From: Candidatus Heimdallarchaeota archaeon
GTDB lineage: Archaea > Asgardarchaeota > Heimdallarchaeia > Hodarchaeales > Hodarchaeaceae
DNA: 40,439 nt
NCBI GenBank assembly: GCA_019057635.1
Contig: DXJL01000114.1
Span: forward strand, 1 to 40,439
Direction of reading: 5' to 3'
Shown: in pieces, positions 38,334 to 40,439 of the stretch
Position numbering within the stretch: position 1 is the stretch's first letter
How the letters are laid out: every line of letters starts with the position of its first letter
Made by a program: the position numbers and the translations under genes
Notes under the pieces: model-generated
Told to the model about the DNA's origin: nothing
What the model saw: the letters and a program-made list of their open reading frames with translations, nothing else
The model's database searches: none

Positions 38334-39284
38334 ATGGAGAAAATTGTTGTTTCAGCACCAGCGACAATCGCTAATATTGGACCAGGATTTGATGTTTATG
38401 GATTAGCTGTTGATTCACCTGTAGATATCATTAAGGCTAAAAAATTAGATGATAACCCTAAAAAAGTAATTATTAGTAAGACAAATCTTCCAGAACTACC
38501 CCTGGAGGCAGATCAAAATACAGCTGGAATTGCAGCCCAATTCGTCCTGAATAAAGTCAATGCTGACTTTGGAGTAGAGTTTAAACTTGAAAAAGGAATG
38601 GGAATTGGAACTGGCCTAGGAAGTAGCGCTGCCAGTGCCGCTGCTGGTGTTAAAGCCGTTGCCCATTTTCTAAACAATGATGATGAAAATTTAGAGTCAA
38701 TTTTATTAGAAGGATGTATTGTCGCGGAAGAGGCTATCGACGGAGGAATTCATGGAGATAACGTGGCACCATCGCTTTTTGGAGGATTTATTGTGATTCC
38801 TTCATCTAGAAATCCTTTACTCTATACTAAATTTGTATTACCAAAAGAGTTGCGAGTAATCCTTGCTACGCCACCCATTTCTATCTTGACAGCAGATGCT
38901 CGAAGAATTATTCCCAAAGAAATTCCATTACAACATTCAATCCACAGTACTGGCTATGCAGGCCTAGTTATGGCTGGAATTATCAAAAAGGATCTCAAAT
39001 TAATGGGTCAAGGAATTGTTGATACAATTATTGAACCAGTCAGAGCAGGTCTCATCCCCCACTTTTACAAAGTCAAACAAGCAGCTTTAGATGCAGGAGC
39101 TTATGGTTGCTCCATTTCTGGGGCAGGACCAACTGTTTTCGCAATTGCTGATGAAAATTCTGATGTAAAAAATATTGGAAAAGCCATGGCGGAAGCATTT
39201 GAGATGCATAAACAAGTAACGGTTAGAATAGGTTTACCTAATAATGATGGAGCGAAAGTTCTTGCCAGAAGTTTCCACTTTTAA
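38334..39284 (+). CDS. thrB: homoserine kinase
   Basis: APATIANIGPGFD, GLGSSAAS, HGDNVAP, ISGAGPT. Confidence 0.96.
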   Translation: MEKIVVSAPATIANIGPGFDVYGLAVDSPVDIIKAKKLDDNPKKVIISKTNLPELPLEADQNTAGIAAQFVLNKVNADFGVEFKLEKGMGIGTGLGSSAASAAAGVKAVAHFLNNDDENLESILLEGCIVAEEAIDGGIHGDNVAPSLFGGFIVIPSSRNPLLYTKFVLPKELRVILATPPISILTADARRIIPKEIPLQHSIHSTGYAGLVMAGIIKKDLKLMGQGIVDTIIEPVRAGLIPHFYKVKQAALDAGAYGCSISGAGPTVFAIADENSDVKNIGKAMAEAFEMHKQVTVRIGLPNNDGAKVLARSFHF

Positions 39285-40439
39285 ATGTATAACTTGTAAA
39301 AAGACTTATTCTATCGCATCTGGGATCATTAGATGCTCCTGTGGAGGGTTACTCGAAATCAACCATGAGTGGACATTGATTTCACCAAAGAAGAAACTAA
39401 AGCAATATGAACACCATCTTTCAGGAGTTTGGCGATTTAAACCTATAATTCATCCTGATATTCCTGATAAAAATATAGTCATGCGAGGTGAAGGAAACAC
39501 AGGATTATATAACGCTTCGCAACGTATACTTGATTATGCTGGATGTACAAACCTCCTCTTTAAACATGAAGGAGAAAATCCAACAGGATCATTTAAAGAT
39601 AGGGGAATGACGGTGGGAATTTCGGAAGCAAAACATCTAGGTATGCATACAGTAGTTTGTGCTTCAACAGGGAATACATCCGCATCATTGGCCGCATATG
39701 CTTCATATGCAGGTATGAAAGCCACTGTGATTCTACCCAAAGGAAAGGTCGCTTTTGGAAAATTAGCACAAGCATTAGCTTATGGAGCTAAAGTCTATAC
39801 GGTAGAAGGGACATTTGATTTAGCATTGCAACAAGTAATCGATCTAGCCTCCAAAGATGGAAGGTATTTATTAAATAGTATTAACCCCTGGCGAATTGAA
39901 GGTCAAAAAACCATTATTTTTGAACTCCTGGAGAATTTGAGGTGGGAGACACCCGATTGGATAGTGGCTCCAGCAGGAAATTTGGGAAATACCTCCGCGT
40001 TTGGAAAGGCGTTGAAAGAGGCACAAGAATTAGAATTAATCACAGAAATACCACGCCTAGTAGCGGTACAAGCAAAAGGGTCGGAACCATTCGTAAAATA
40101 TTGGGAAAGTGGAAAATATGACCCTGAACCGAATCCTCGAACGATAGCAACAGCAATAAATATTGGTAATCCAGTTAGTCATTCAAAAGCGTTCGAAGCG
40201 TTGAAATTTACTAACGGAGTAGCTACTAGCGTCTCTGATCAATCAATTTTGGATGCGAAGGCATTAATTGACGGTGCGGGAATTGGCTGTGAACCAGCAT
40301 CCGCTTCGACGTTAGCAGGCATAAAGAAGTTAGTAGATGAGGGAACAATCCTAGCGTCAGAGAAAATTGTCGCAATTTTGACTGGACATTTACTGAAAGA
40401 TCCCCAAATCATAATTGATTATCATCAGCATCAGCTTGA
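39244..40439 (+). CDS. thrC: threonine synthase (3' end truncated by the window; absent from ORF track)
   Basis: Manual translation: N-terminal C..C/C.CG knuckle, GEGNT, KHEGENPTGSFKDRG, CASTGNTSASLAAY, NSINPWRIEGQKT, PAGNLGN, CEPASA, LTGHLLKDP. Start is ATG 39244 or TTG 39262, overlapping thrB. Confidence 0.95.
   Translation, partial: MMERKFLPEVSTFKCITCKKTYSIASGIIRCSCGGLLEINHEWTLISPKKKLKQYEHHLSGVWRFKPIIHPDIPDKNIVMRGEGNTGLYNASQRILDYAGCTNLLFKHEGENPTGSFKDRGMTVGISEAKHLGMHTVVCASTGNTSASLAAYASYAGMKATVILPKGKVAFGKLAQALAYGAKVYTVEGTFDLALQQVIDLASKDGRYLLNSINPWRIEGQKTIIFELLENLRWETPDWIVAPAGNLGNTSAFGKALKEAQELELITEIPRLVAVQAKGSEPFVKYWESGKYDPEPNPRTIATAINIGNPVSHSKAFEALKFTNGVATSVSDQSILDAKALIDGAGIGCEPASASTLAGIKKLVDEGTILASEKIVAILTGHLLKDPQIIIDYHQHQL

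Noticed and set aside
2944-39775. Many 60-150 aa ORFs in the track nested in or antisense to larger genes (e.g. 2944-3141, 6083-6424, 31787-32233, 34636-34950, 39534-39740)
   Set aside because: Shadow ORFs fully overlapping well-supported genes, with no motifs of their own.
1-40439. CRISPR arrays, tRNA/rRNA genes, selenocysteine or pyrrolysine read-through
   Set aside because: I saw no regularly spaced repeats, cloverleaf or rRNA motifs, and no in-frame TGA/TAG interrupting a recognisable domain.

Overview
AT-rich, gene-dense archaeal chromosomal region, most likely from an Asgard archaeon (Heimdallarchaeia/Hodarchaeales-like). This assignment is inferred from TATA/BRE-type promoters, a TrmB regulator, a PGF-CTERM surface protein, an Arf-like small GTPase, a longin-like protein and an LRR protein. 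Most genes are metabolic or housekeeping: acyl-CoA ligase, rpiA, pgi, nadA, a glucose dehydrogenase-GH63-GH13 operon, a disulfide oxidoreductase, thrB and a partial thrC. I saw no rRNA, tRNA, CRISPR array or transposase. The most unusual signals are: (1) a ~287-nt, GC-enriched, highly foldable element at 29434-29720 with a 22-bp closing helix, strand-biased G.U pairs and a correctly spaced TATA box, a candidate unannotated ncRNA; (2) a translationally coupled B12-radical SAM + PGM1-like ATP-grasp ligase pair preceded by an 18-codon ORF, a candidate peptide-modification (RiPP-like) system; (3) a 37-aa antisense zinc-ribbon microprotein missed by the ORF track; (4) an Arf-like GTPase fused to a winged-helix domain; and (5) an apparent ATC start codon. 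All family calls come from motif recognition by eye, without database searches.
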